DNA from: Promethearchaeati archaeon
GTDB lineage: Archaea > Asgardarchaeota > Heimdallarchaeia > Heimdallarchaeales > Heimdallarchaeaceae
Assembly (NCBI GenBank): GCA_013166775.1
Contig: JABLTJ010000011.1
Span: 31,096-95,095, forward strand
DNA length: 64,000 nucleotides
Reading direction: 5' to 3'
Shown here: positions 50,987 through 60,734 of the stretch, piece by piece
Layout: each line of letters starts with the position of its first letter
How positions within the stretch are numbered: the first letter of the stretch is position 1
Notes under the pieces: model-generated
Seen by the model: the letters and a program-made list of their open reading frames with translations, nothing else
Databases searched by the model: none
Told to the model about the DNA's origin: nothing
Translations under genes and position numbers: made by a program

Positions 50987-52735
50987 TTATGGTTCAATTT
51001 CTGATGGTATGTATTTATAGATGTATCCTTGGCCATTCATTTCTTGTACACTTACATATGCATTTTCTTCAAGAATACTAATAATCTCTGGTGTCTTTTC
51101 AATCTGATAGTAGGGTACAATTACATAGTTATAATGATATGAAATTTCTTTTGTGTAAAGAGCAAAAGTGTAAATACTATCGTATGTTCCTAAATGTCTA
51201 AAAGCAATTATTGAGATATTTTTGTGAAGATAGCAATAATAGTCTCCGAGGAAACTTCTAATTATTACTATAACACCAGTAGAATCTTCTGATTGACCAA
51301 CAAAAGCTAATCCTTTTGATATTACATCAGCTTCTTTCCAGTCTACAATTTGCATAGCTTGATAAGTTGATATTGCTGTACTAACTATGATAATTGTAAG
51401 AAAGAATGTAAAATAGAACAAAGAAAGAAATCTCCTTGTATTAGTAGACAAACTACGCTCGCGTTTTGTGAATAGTCGTGAGATAAAAGAATTAATTTTA
51501 GGTATTATTGATTCTAATGTCAATACAAAGGTGATGGCAATTACTATGTGAAGGAATATATAACCAGAATACACAAATCTAATTTCTTTATGTTTCAAAA
51601 GAGAAAAAAAGATTATAATAATAAATGAAGATAACAGATAAGAGCTTAATATTCTAACTCTATCCCATCTTACTTCACCTTCCTTCTTATATCTCCATAA
51701 ATTTGATGAAATTAACACTAGTAAAAAGAAGATACAATAACAAACAATCAATAAGATAGGTAAATAATTGACAATTTGCGCAAAGTAAAAACTAAAAGGT
51801 TCTTCTCCAAAAATAGTTGATTTTCCTTCTAATATATTAAATTTAAACCAATTGATGGGTGAAACCAAGAATTTTCCGTAATAATGAAAGTCTACGACAC
51901 CCCCTAAAACCAAAGCAAGTATTAAGCCAGATACATGACTTATTAGTACCTTGATTTTCCTAAATGGGAATCTAAAGACCAAAATCGCAAACAGAGGTAT
52001 AATTAAATCCATACGGATGTACAGAATTAATCCAATTAGCAGAGTATAGAGAGAGATTCGGAGGTATATATTTAATGCCTGAAAAGAGAAGCCTTCTGAA
52101 ATTTCTTTAACATTTTTTATCTCCTTTAGTTTATTCACATCTTTCCAATATAGAGTTACTAAGAAAAAAATCCAGGGGATGAAGAATATGTTGGTAAGTG
52201 ATCTAAAGGATAAGAACATTAAAAGTGGTGAAAAAGTAATTAAAAATGCTGAAGCAAAAGCATATCTAGTTTTGCCACATGTAAATTGTTTTACAAGAAG
52301 ATATGTTGAAGGAGTAAGTAAAGCACCATTAATTCCAAGAAAGAATCTTATCAGAGGAATTGTTACTCTCCAATAACTCCATCCAAATATTTTTCCTAAA
52401 TACATTGGAATTGAAAAAATAAGTGGAAATAAATGGGACCTACACTGTGCATAGTATGGAGAATAATGATGATAAGCTTGAAATTCGGGAGGAATATTTG
52501 CATAACCAAATACAAGGTTATGAGCAATTTCTAAGCTTTGGAAAATTTCATCAGAGTGAATCATACCCCAAGTTCTCATAGCAAAATATACTTGTAAAAC
52601 TGCAGAAACGACAGTAAGAAGAATGAATAATACTAATTCTCTTCTTTGTGATAATATTTGGTAGAGATTTTTCAGGAACTGATTAAAAGTGAATCTTTTT
52701 TGTCCTTTCATTTTGTTAGAGATATTTTCAGCCAT
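50987..52735 (-). CDS. GT22 (PIG-B/Alg9-like) polyprenol-phosphate-mannose-dependent mannosyltransferase
   Basis: DEIFQSLEIAHNLVFGY after TM1, RS..FP, P.NWFKFNI..G.S..FG..PF.FY, HKEIRF; polytopic. Confidence 0.85.
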   Translation of the reverse strand: MAENISNKMKGQKRFTFNQFLKNLYQILSQRRELVLFILLTVVSAVLQVYFAMRTWGMIHSDEIFQSLEIAHNLVFGYANIPPEFQAYHHYSPYYAQCRSHLFPLIFSIPMYLGKIFGWSYWRVTIPLIRFFLGINGALLTPSTYLLVKQFTCGKTRYAFASAFLITFSPLLMFLSFRSLTNIFFIPWIFFLVTLYWKDVNKLKEIKNVKEISEGFSFQALNIYLRISLYTLLIGLILYIRMDLIIPLFAILVFRFPFRKIKVLISHVSGLILALVLGGVVDFHYYGKFLVSPINWFKFNILEGKSTIFGEEPFSFYFAQIVNYLPILLIVCYCIFFLLVLISSNLWRYKKEGEVRWDRVRILSSYLLSSFIIIIFFSLLKHKEIRFVYSGYIFLHIVIAITFVLTLESIIPKINSFISRLFTKRERSLSTNTRRFLSLFYFTFFLTIIIVSTAISTYQAMQIVDWKEADVISKGLAFVGQSEDSTGVIVIIRSFLGDYYCYLHKNISIIAFRHLGTYDSIYTFALYTKEISYHYNYVIVPYYQIEKTPEIISILEENAYVSVQEMNGQGYIYKYIPSEIEP

Positions 52736-52911
52736 ATTTATTCACTAAAAGCCTATTTCAAAGATTCACTACAAAGGATTGTTTTAAGAACTTATAAACG
52801 ATGTCCCGTCAGTCAATATTTTTGAAAAAGATTTATATGGCAAGTTTTCCATCTAGAGAATTAAAACAGTCTTACTTTATGTAAGTATAATATAACAGAA
52901 AAGGTGAATAT

Positions 52912-53823
52912 ATGAAAAATAAAAATAAAATGATTTTAATGTCATCTATTCTAAGTTTAGTGTTATTCGTCTCATTCATTCCATCAATTCAGGGACAATA
53001 TAGTTATTTATTGACTCTTGAAGCTGGAACATCTTATGGATGGGAAGTTACAACTCTGACAACTGTTGGTACGGTATATACTCCATTCTTGAACTATGGT
53101 CATGAAATTCTAAAACAAGGGGACAGAATCAATATTACACTCTTACAAGATGTTAATTCTACAGCTCTTGGAGGTTCTTATCAGTTATTCTTTAATGTCT
53201 CAATCATATGGGTGGAATTTTACTTAAATGATGAATTCGTAACTAATGTCACAACAGAAATTGGTTTATTTGACATAGATTCTTGGATAAATCTTGGAAT
53301 GTGGTCAGGATGGTTTTACGAACAATTCTTATTGCCTATTACTTATACCAATTCTACTGGAAAATATGATAACTTCCAAGTTTTGCATAATAATTATCAG
53401 CAAGGTACTGGTGATCTTAAGTCAGAAACTAATTTCCATTCATATTCGGAGAGCGTACATCTAAAGGTGAAAACAACGTCTAAGTTGAGTAAAGATACAT
53501 GGTCTATCAAGCGAGTTTATTCAGAAGTTTACAAAGAAAGCGATTATACCGACCCAGAAGATTGGGATACTACAGATAGAACTTTAGACATAACAACAGA
53601 GCTAAGATACAACAGAGCAACTGGATTGTTAGTATATGTGAATCATGATTATGCTTGGCATGAGATTTATCAAGAAGAAGGATCAACAGAAGACAATGTT
53701 GAAGAAATAATTTTTATTGTAGAAAGCTCAGAGCTGTCTACTAAAGCCCCATATAATTGGGCTTTTGTTCTACTTGGGATACTCACTATTGGAATAATTG
53801 TCCTATGGAGAAAGAAGAACTAA
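52912..53823 (+). CDS. Secreted protein with C-terminal TM anchor
   Basis: Signal peptide; APYNW + TM + RKKN; GGTGA RBS. Confidence 0.85.
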   Translation: MKNKNKMILMSSILSLVLFVSFIPSIQGQYSYLLTLEAGTSYGWEVTTLTTVGTVYTPFLNYGHEILKQGDRINITLLQDVNSTALGGSYQLFFNVSIIWVEFYLNDEFVTNVTTEIGLFDIDSWINLGMWSGWFYEQFLLPITYTNSTGKYDNFQVLHNNYQQGTGDLKSETNFHSYSESVHLKVKTTSKLSKDTWSIKRVYSEVYKESDYTDPEDWDTTDRTLDITTELRYNRATGLLVYVNHDYAWHEIYQEEGSTEDNVEEIIFIVESSELSTKAPYNWAFVLLGILTIGIIVLWRKKN

Positions 53824-53862
53824 CTCTTTCTCTTCCAATTTCTTTTTAAATTTTATTTGTAA

Positions 53863-54534
53863 TTGTTAATTGTGATAAGAAGTAAAATAGCAATTAGCTC
53901 TAAAAACTATTATTCTTGTGAGATTACAGAGAAAATACCTTTAAAAATCTCTATTCTTGCAATCAATGGTCCTGAAGGACTAGGAACTATTGAAGCATTA
54001 GATAGAAAAGAGGAAACTCTTAAAGAATATGTTAGTCAGATGAAGCAATCTGAACAGATTGTTAATATTGAAATAACTCACAGAACCCCCCATATCTACT
54101 GGAATAAAGTAAAGCACAGGTTAGATTATCCATCTATTCATGAAACTATCCTTGAAAGTGGAAGCATGACAATTTTGCCTATAGTAATTGAAAATGGAGT
54201 CCAATATCATAACATTCTATCTCCTAGCTCTACTAATTTTAGGAATCTTTTGTCAAAATTAAAGAAGAGATATACTGATATAAATATCCGTGCACTATCT
54301 TCTAAACCTACTGAAACAGTCCAGGATTTATTAACAGATAAACAATTTGAAACTCTTATGCTTGCATATAAAAGAGGTTATTACGAAATTCCACACAGAT
54401 GTACTATTGCAGACATTGCAGATGAACTAGGTATTAAAAGAGTAGCATGCCAAGAGAGAATAAGAAGAGCAGAGCAAAGAATAATTGATTATTATGTAAA
54501 AACAAGTTTATTCAGTATTTATGGTTTCTATTAG
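53863..54534 (+). CDS. Bacterio-opsin-activator-type (HTH_10) regulator
   Basis: LTDKQ..L.LAYKRGYYEIP..IADELGI..RRAE. Confidence 0.9.
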   Translation: MLIVIRSKIAISSKNYYSCEITEKIPLKISILAINGPEGLGTIEALDRKEETLKEYVSQMKQSEQIVNIEITHRTPHIYWNKVKHRLDYPSIHETILESGSMTILPIVIENGVQYHNILSPSSTNFRNLLSKLKKRYTDINIRALSSKPTETVQDLLTDKQFETLMLAYKRGYYEIPHRCTIADIADELGIKRVACQERIRRAEQRIIDYYVKTSLFSIYGFY

Positions 54535-54551
54535 AAAACCTAGAGAGGTTA

Positions 54552-55574
54552 TTAGATATAGCCATAAAACATTGCATTGTACATTGCATTTGTTTGCGTC
54601 TTTCTGTATTTCTTATGTTGTTTCTGATTCTCTTTTGATTTTTCTTTTTTTGACTTAGTTATAGGTAATAATAAACCAGAAATTGCCACTATAACTAAAC
54701 CAATCCATTGTATTTGAGTTGGTTTTTCACTTAAGAAGATCACAGCAAGAATTGTAATCTGAAATAACATTGTATTGTTAATAATTGAGACTTCAACAGC
54801 TTTTAGTCTTTGCATAGCATGATTCCACAGTGTAAATGCAAATGATGTATTTATTATACTTAACCATAGGATGTAACCCAGAGAAACAAGTGAAATAACA
54901 GGTATTCCTTCGTAAACAAGTCCAACAATTAGCAAAATAATCGAACCAAATAACATGCTAATTGCTGTGATTACTATGGGACTTAATTCTTGTTTTTGAT
55001 TAATAGCTCGACCCATTATTGTTGATAATGCATTAGCAATTACACCTATAACTACAACAGCTAAACCAATTAAAGCGATACTTGATAAATCTAAAGCTAA
55101 AACTGGAATAAAGTACAATAAAGCACCTGCTAAAGCTGTAAAAACGAAGAAAATCTGTTTGCGATTTGGAATTTCTTTAACTAGAAAAATTGCCAAAATC
55201 ATTACTAGCATTGGAGTGAAACTTAGAAGTAAACTAACATCTATTGCAGGAAGGAGTTCTAAACCAATATATTGAGTTCCTTGAGTAACAGTATAGAAAA
55301 TCAAACCATAAATAACTAGTTTTAGCCACCAAGATCGAGATATTTTCTTTACTTCTTTTCTATATTTTGATGATAATAGAACAATGGTAATCAAGATTAC
55401 TGAAGCAATAATATATCTTAATCCTGCAAATAGGAGAGGTGGTAACTCCTTCAAACCAAATTTAATTATAGGCCAAGATGAAGACCAGAGAATAGTAACA
55501 AAGAATGCTTGAAAGATAGTAAAAGGACGAGTATTTATTATCCGTCTTATGAAACTGAAATTTGTGTTCTTCAT
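54552..55574 (-). CDS. DMT/EamA family transporter
   Basis: LWSSSWPIIKFGL..PPL..AGLR; about 10 TM; FLSEKP. Confidence 0.92.
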   Translation of the reverse strand: MKNTNFSFIRRIINTRPFTIFQAFFVTILWSSSWPIIKFGLKELPPLLFAGLRYIIASVILITIVLLSSKYRKEVKKISRSWWLKLVIYGLIFYTVTQGTQYIGLELLPAIDVSLLLSFTPMLVMILAIFLVKEIPNRKQIFFVFTALAGALLYFIPVLALDLSSIALIGLAVVVIGVIANALSTIMGRAINQKQELSPIVITAISMLFGSIILLIVGLVYEGIPVISLVSLGYILWLSIINTSFAFTLWNHAMQRLKAVEVSIINNTMLFQITILAVIFLSEKPTQIQWIGLVIVAISGLLLPITKSKKEKSKENQKQHKKYRKTQTNAMYNAMFYGYI

Positions 55575-55753
55575 TTTACCATCAATTAGACATCGTAAGA
55601 AAAGTGTATTAATTTTCACATGACTTAAGACGGATGTTTAAATACTACAAGAAATGTGACAAAGATTATTTGCAAAAGAATGGTATCTGAAATAGTCTAA
55701 GAATGCACATTAGATTACTTAAGATTTTTAATAATTAAATACAATAGTAAATT

Positions 55754-56269
55754 ATGCAAAGCGATTATATAGCTAAACACAGTCTTCATAAAATTGGTGT
55801 GGGGGGTCTTTGTTTGTACAAGGATAAGATATTATTCGTAAAACACAAGTATGGAGTAAGTGAAGGATTGTGGACACTCCCTGGTGGATATGTGGAACAT
55901 GGTGAATCCCTTACTAATGCCATTGAACGAGAAGTGCTTGAAGAAACAGGTGTGAAAACTCAAGCGTTAGAATTACTAACAATTAGACACATGATTAATG
56001 AAAAAAAGGATAAAGGATTAATCTCCGATTTATATATAGTTTTTAAATTGGATTACGTAGGTGGGAAACCATCAGCTGACGATTTGCTTGAAGTAACTGA
56101 TGCACAGTTTCTTTCAGTAACTAATCTCGATACTCTCCCTATTTCAGATTTAAGTAAACATATAGTCCAACAGAAAACTAAGAAATCAGGTTTTAATCTT
56201 CTTCCGTATCAACCAAGTTCAGAAATTAAGGAAGAACTCAATGTGCATACATATCAATTATTTGGGTAA
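55754..56269 (+). CDS. NUDIX hydrolase
   Basis: Nudix box GGYVEHGESLTNAIEREVLEETG. Confidence 0.95.
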   Translation: MQSDYIAKHSLHKIGVGGLCLYKDKILFVKHKYGVSEGLWTLPGGYVEHGESLTNAIEREVLEETGVKTQALELLTIRHMINEKKDKGLISDLYIVFKLDYVGGKPSADDLLEVTDAQFLSVTNLDTLPISDLSKHIVQQKTKKSGFNLLPYQPSSEIKEELNVHTYQLFG

Positions 56270-56441
56270 TAATTTTGTTTTATAATGATCTTTCTAGGAG
56301 TTTTCTATTTTAGAAAGCAATAAATTAGAGAAACAATTATACTAATAATTTATTTCTTTATAGAAACCATCCAGAATCCACCTACTTCAATAAAAAGAAA
56401 GATAAGGCTTTTATTTAAGTATTAATATCAATTACTCACGA

Positions 56442-57380
56442 ATGCAAGAAGACATAGAAGCGGTTTTGGAAAGACAAACGGTTCTGGGTAAGTTCTTAGA
56501 TAGGCTAAATTACAGAACCCTCCGCTACATATACACATTAATGAATAGCCTGCTAAGATCTATAGATCGCTTTCTTAGTTCAAACGAGGACAGTTTATAC
56601 AATCTTAGAACATCTCTCTTATCATCAATGTCTTTGCTTGCACGAACGTTTTATCAAAGTTCATTAGTTGAATATCTTAAATCAGGTAGCAGAGCAGCTG
56701 AAGAGTTCAAAGAAGAAGTGGAAAGAGCATTCCTAAAAGGTATGAGCGAACGCGAACTTATAGTTCAGAAAATCGATAGCATAATTACAAGATCTAATGA
56801 TCTCTTTAGGCTAAAAGAAGAAACAAATAACCAATGGCAAGATGTTTATTATAGAACGTCTACTGAATCAACAACAGAAAACAACATAAGAAATAATTTA
56901 GCACTTGTTCTGGAAAAACAGGATGAATACAACCAATTACATAAAACTGGTATATCAGATTTAGAAAATATACAAATTCAAAAGGATTTAATCAGCCAAA
57001 CAACAGATCTCTCTTTCCAAGCAATTGATCTTGCAGATAAAGCTCAGATGACATTACATGAGATGTTAGTCATTTGTATAAATCCTTTAGTTTCTATTTT
57101 TGAAGATGAAATTTCAAGCGCAGAGAAGATATTATCCCAGATTATATTGAAAAATCAGAAAAAAAATGATGATCTTAGTGACGACGAAATAGGGAAACTT
57201 TGCGATGTTCTTTCCTGGGGGCTTGATGATATAAGCAATTATGATGATTTAACAAAATTAGGGAAGGAATTTCGTAATGAATTTGCTTCTATTTTATCCG
57301 ATTTTCTTGTTTATTTAGTTGATATCGATTTAGGAATTCAAGAGCTTGAATCATTTATTTTAGAAAGCTCAGAAAAATGA
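56442..57380 (+). CDS. All-helical/coiled-coil hypothetical protein
   Basis: 312-aa ORF, heptad-like L/I/E/Q composition, no catalytic motif recognised. Confidence 0.75.
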   Translation: MQEDIEAVLERQTVLGKFLDRLNYRTLRYIYTLMNSLLRSIDRFLSSNEDSLYNLRTSLLSSMSLLARTFYQSSLVEYLKSGSRAAEEFKEEVERAFLKGMSERELIVQKIDSIITRSNDLFRLKEETNNQWQDVYYRTSTESTTENNIRNNLALVLEKQDEYNQLHKTGISDLENIQIQKDLISQTTDLSFQAIDLADKAQMTLHEMLVICINPLVSIFEDEISSAEKILSQIILKNQKKNDDLSDDEIGKLCDVLSWGLDDISNYDDLTKLGKEFRNEFASILSDFLVYLVDIDLGIQELESFILESSEK

Positions 57381-57426
57381 TTAATAAAAAGAAGGATTTT
57401 TAATTCTCATTTAGTTTTTATCTTTA

Positions 57427-57927
57427 ATGAGCTATGATTTGTTTCTTAGTAGAGACCATTTAGCCTTTTCGTGTGCTCACTTTGTTGTTGGAGATAGAAT
57501 AATAGAACCCTTACATGGTCATAACTACAAGATTCTAATAAATGTTTACGGAGATCAGGGAAAGGACAATATGGTTATTGATTTTCATATTATCAAACGT
57601 ATTCTACAACCAATAGTTGATTCCTTAGATCATTATATTCTAATTCCTACAAAAAATAAGTACCTGGAACTAGAGGAAGAGAACGAACAATTGATAATTC
57701 GTATCCCACGTTATGATAAAGAATATGAATTTCCAAAAATCGATATTGTCATGCTACCTATTGAAAACACCACTGTTGAAGAATTAAGTCATTTTTTTGT
57801 AAAGAAATTGGCAAATAATGAAGAACTCAAGAAAGAGAATATTGATCAGGTCACAGTGACAGTTTTTGAATATGAAGGAATGGGTGCAACTTTTGAACTC
57901 TTTCCAAGAAACAACAGAACAGAGTAA
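57427..57927 (+). CDS. queD: 6-pyruvoyl-tetrahydropterin synthase / QueD family (T-fold)
   Basis: FSCAHF, LHGHNY, VIDF, LDH, NTTVEE, VFE. Confidence 0.8.
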   Translation: MSYDLFLSRDHLAFSCAHFVVGDRIIEPLHGHNYKILINVYGDQGKDNMVIDFHIIKRILQPIVDSLDHYILIPTKNKYLELEEENEQLIIRIPRYDKEYEFPKIDIVMLPIENTTVEELSHFFVKKLANNEELKKENIDQVTVTVFEYEGMGATFELFPRNNRTE

Positions 57928-57939
57928 CAGAGAATTCTT

Positions 57940-58695
57940 TTAGATAAGAATTATTTTCAGTCCTGTTCTTGCACACCAGTTTATTATGGATTTTGCAATT
58001 GTGAACTTCTTTATTTTTCTTTTTTTCATATCTTCCGAAAGAGAAGTTTTCTTCGAAAACCTACCTATGGTTTGTCCAAAATCAAACCCTAAAAGTGTAA
58101 CATTTTTTGCGTTCATTATTGCCGATAAACATACGGCTCTGTCCCCATCTGTAAATCCTAGAAAATTATAGGTTCCCTTAACAGGTTGAGACTGTGTTGT
58201 TATCAAGAAATTCTTTTTTGAGATTTCTTTTATGTGTTCATCAACTAGATTTGTGTTATCTCCATGGACATGTAAAAGAATAATAGAATCTTGTTTTTGA
58301 GCAAGTATCTGGTCTTCTACTTTGCCATCAATATCCGAAGTAATAATATCGGGAAAAATATTCTTTGATATTAGAAAGGAAGTAGCCCCGTCGGCACATA
58401 TCAGAAGTTTATCAGTAATTGAATTGTTTGAGAGATATGTATTGAATTCTTGTTCTAATTTTACTCCTGGGGCGAGAATAACAATTTCCCGTGCTTCGAT
58501 TTTTCTTTGTAAGTAGTTTTCAGATATATTAGATTGATACAGTTTCGCGATTGAGTTTAGAGCACTAACATCTTTTTCTGAATCAATATCTAGATACTCA
58601 CATATTCTTGGATACCAAAAATTAAGCCAGTTCTCTAGAGAAAAATCTAAATTTTCTAATTCATGGAAAGCAGTTTCCTTAGTTTCAAATATCAT
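57940..58695 (-). CDS. mptE: 6-hydroxymethyl-7,8-dihydropterin pyrophosphokinase (archaeal type)
   Basis: ICADGA, PDIITSDIDG, HVHGDN, NF.GFTDGDRAV, LLGFDFG. Confidence 0.9.
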   Translation of the reverse strand: MIFETKETAFHELENLDFSLENWLNFWYPRICEYLDIDSEKDVSALNSIAKLYQSNISENYLQRKIEAREIVILAPGVKLEQEFNTYLSNNSITDKLLICADGATSFLISKNIFPDIITSDIDGKVEDQILAQKQDSIILLHVHGDNTNLVDEHIKEISKKNFLITTQSQPVKGTYNFLGFTDGDRAVCLSAIMNAKNVTLLGFDFGQTIGRFSKKTSLSEDMKKRKIKKFTIAKSIINWCARTGLKIILI

Positions 58696-60499
58696 CTTCG
58701 ATTTCCTCTATTGTTAGCTCTCTTCTACTTTGAAGTTTTGTGAGGGCAGTCTCATACCTATTTTCGATATCTCTGAAGGAGATGATTCCTAATATTACTT
58801 TATTGTTTTCCCTTTCTACAACAGGCATACTTTCTATTCTAAACTTTGTTAACTTATCAAATGCCGTAGTAAGAGTTTCTTCTGGATAAGCCATAATTAC
58901 ATCTTTTGTCATGACATCTTCGACATACCCCTTCCCTTTAGCAAAACCTCTTTGAAAATCTACTGCACTGATAATTCCTTCTAGATTATTATCTTCATCT
59001 ATAACTAACAAAGCACTTGTTTTATAAAGATAAAGTAGGGAAAACGATTCACTTAGCAAATCTGTGCTTTTTGCCGAAGGATATGTCTTCTCCATTGCTT
59101 CCTTAACAGTTAGTGTTTCCAGAAGATCTGTGTATTGTATTCTTCTTCTAAGGATTACTTCCTTACTTTGAATTTGACCTTTATATAAACTGAAATCCAT
59201 TGAGATGATGAATGCCATAGCATTGGATAGGATTATAGGAATTACTAGATTTGGAAAACCAACCATTTCTAAAACAAGAATCATTGAGGCTATAGGAGTT
59301 TTTGTAGTAGCGGTGTGCATAGCTGACATTCCGACTACTATCAAAGCAACACTGTTTGCTGCTGGGAATAAGAGAGAGTACAATAATCCTAAAGCTGCAC
59401 CTGTTACAAGTGTTGGTCCCATTATTCCTGCAGAATTACCAAAACCAACACAAGTCGAAGTTACAAGAATCTTTCCTAATAACAAGGCGAACAAAATTCC
59501 TATTTCTATCGTAACTACGTTATTAATTAAATTGTTAATTGATTCAAAACCCGTTCCTGCAACCTTTACTCCAGCTGGTAAGTATAATTCATCTATAAGA
59601 AAGACTATTACTGCTGTCATCCCCATTCCGATTAGCGGAAGCCAGTATGTCTTAAGGAATCGCTCTATCCATCTTGGGAAGAATTTAAAGAGTAAGGAAA
59701 AACCAACACCAAGAAAACCTGCCATAATACCCAATAGAAGAAAATGGAGAGAATTGATAAAATCTAGAGAAAAATCAAAAGATGAGGGAAGACCAATTGA
59801 GAAAAAACCTCTAGATTCTGTTCCAAAAAAAAGCACAAGAATACTATCATAAACCAAATAAGAAATGGCACTTGCTACCAATGCTGGTAAGAAAACAGTT
59901 TCATCAAGATCTCTCTTATATGGTACCTCAGCAGCAAAGACAGTTCCACCTAATGGTGCTCTGAAGACGGCAGCAGTACAAGCTGCAGCACCTATAGTAA
60001 TAGCATGCATTTCATCTTCTTGAGTCATCCCAACTTTATTACCTATTACAGAAGAAGCAGTGCTACCGATAGTTACTGCGGGTCCTTCTCTTCCGCCTGG
60101 AGCACCAATTCCAAGAGTAATAAAACTGGTGAAAAATTTTGTTAATATCCCTCTTGGACGTAGAGAGGTTGTAGTGTTTTTATGAGCAAGAACATTAGAT
60201 AACCCCGCTCCATATACTTCTTTGAAACCAAAAAACATGAAAAGAGAAGTTATTCCCCCCACAACAGGATATAGAAGATACTGAAGAGCTGTAGGAGAAT
60301 CAATAATCAATCTTTGAACAATAAAAATTAAACTTGTAAAAAATGACATTATTACGCCACTAATAGCACCTACGAAAATTGCGAATGGAAACCATTTTCT
60401 GGTATATTTCCAATGTTTTTGGACCTGTACTCTAAACCTTTTTTTAAACGTCAAGGAAGCTTCCTGTTTAGCATCTTCTTTGTCATTCACACAATACAA
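58685..60499 (-). CDS. CLC chloride channel/antiporter with CBS pair
   Basis: GGREGP, FRAPLGG..FAAEV, GIMGP; C-terminal CBS domains. Confidence 0.93.
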   Translation of the reverse strand: MYCVNDKEDAKQEASLTFKKRFRVQVQKHWKYTRKWFPFAIFVGAISGVIMSFFTSLIFIVQRLIIDSPTALQYLLYPVVGGITSLFMFFGFKEVYGAGLSNVLAHKNTTTSLRPRGILTKFFTSFITLGIGAPGGREGPAVTIGSTASSVIGNKVGMTQEDEMHAITIGAAACTAAVFRAPLGGTVFAAEVPYKRDLDETVFLPALVASAISYLVYDSILVLFFGTESRGFFSIGLPSSFDFSLDFINSLHFLLLGIMAGFLGVGFSLLFKFFPRWIERFLKTYWLPLIGMGMTAVIVFLIDELYLPAGVKVAGTGFESINNLINNVVTIEIGILFALLLGKILVTSTCVGFGNSAGIMGPTLVTGAALGLLYSLLFPAANSVALIVVGMSAMHTATTKTPIASMILVLEMVGFPNLVIPIILSNAMAFIISMDFSLYKGQIQSKEVILRRRIQYTDLLETLTVKEAMEKTYPSAKSTDLLSESFSLLYLYKTSALLVIDEDNNLEGIISAVDFQRGFAKGKGYVEDVMTKDVIMAYPEETLTTAFDKLTKFRIESMPVVERENNKVILGIISFRDIENRYETALTKLQSRRELTIEEIEDDI

Positions 60500-60734
60500 A
60501 TAGCTTTCAAAGTTTTAACTTTATTTGTAGCTGGATTGGTTCTTTTGATGAGAAATTCTATAATGATTACAACTTTTAATTGTTAGTTAAACAGAAGAAT
60601 ACTTTGAATTGAACAGAACAAAGATTGATAAGTATTTTAACGTAGTTTTCTGTAAGAAGATATAATTTAAAGAATGGTGAAATTATAAGTAGTTTAAATA
60701 AGATTTGAGAACCAATAAGAGGAAAAGAAGAGAA

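Noticed and set aside
59205-59852. 215-aa plus-strand ORF
   Set aside because: Antisense shadow of the CLC gene; the same applies to the other short ORFs nested within called genes
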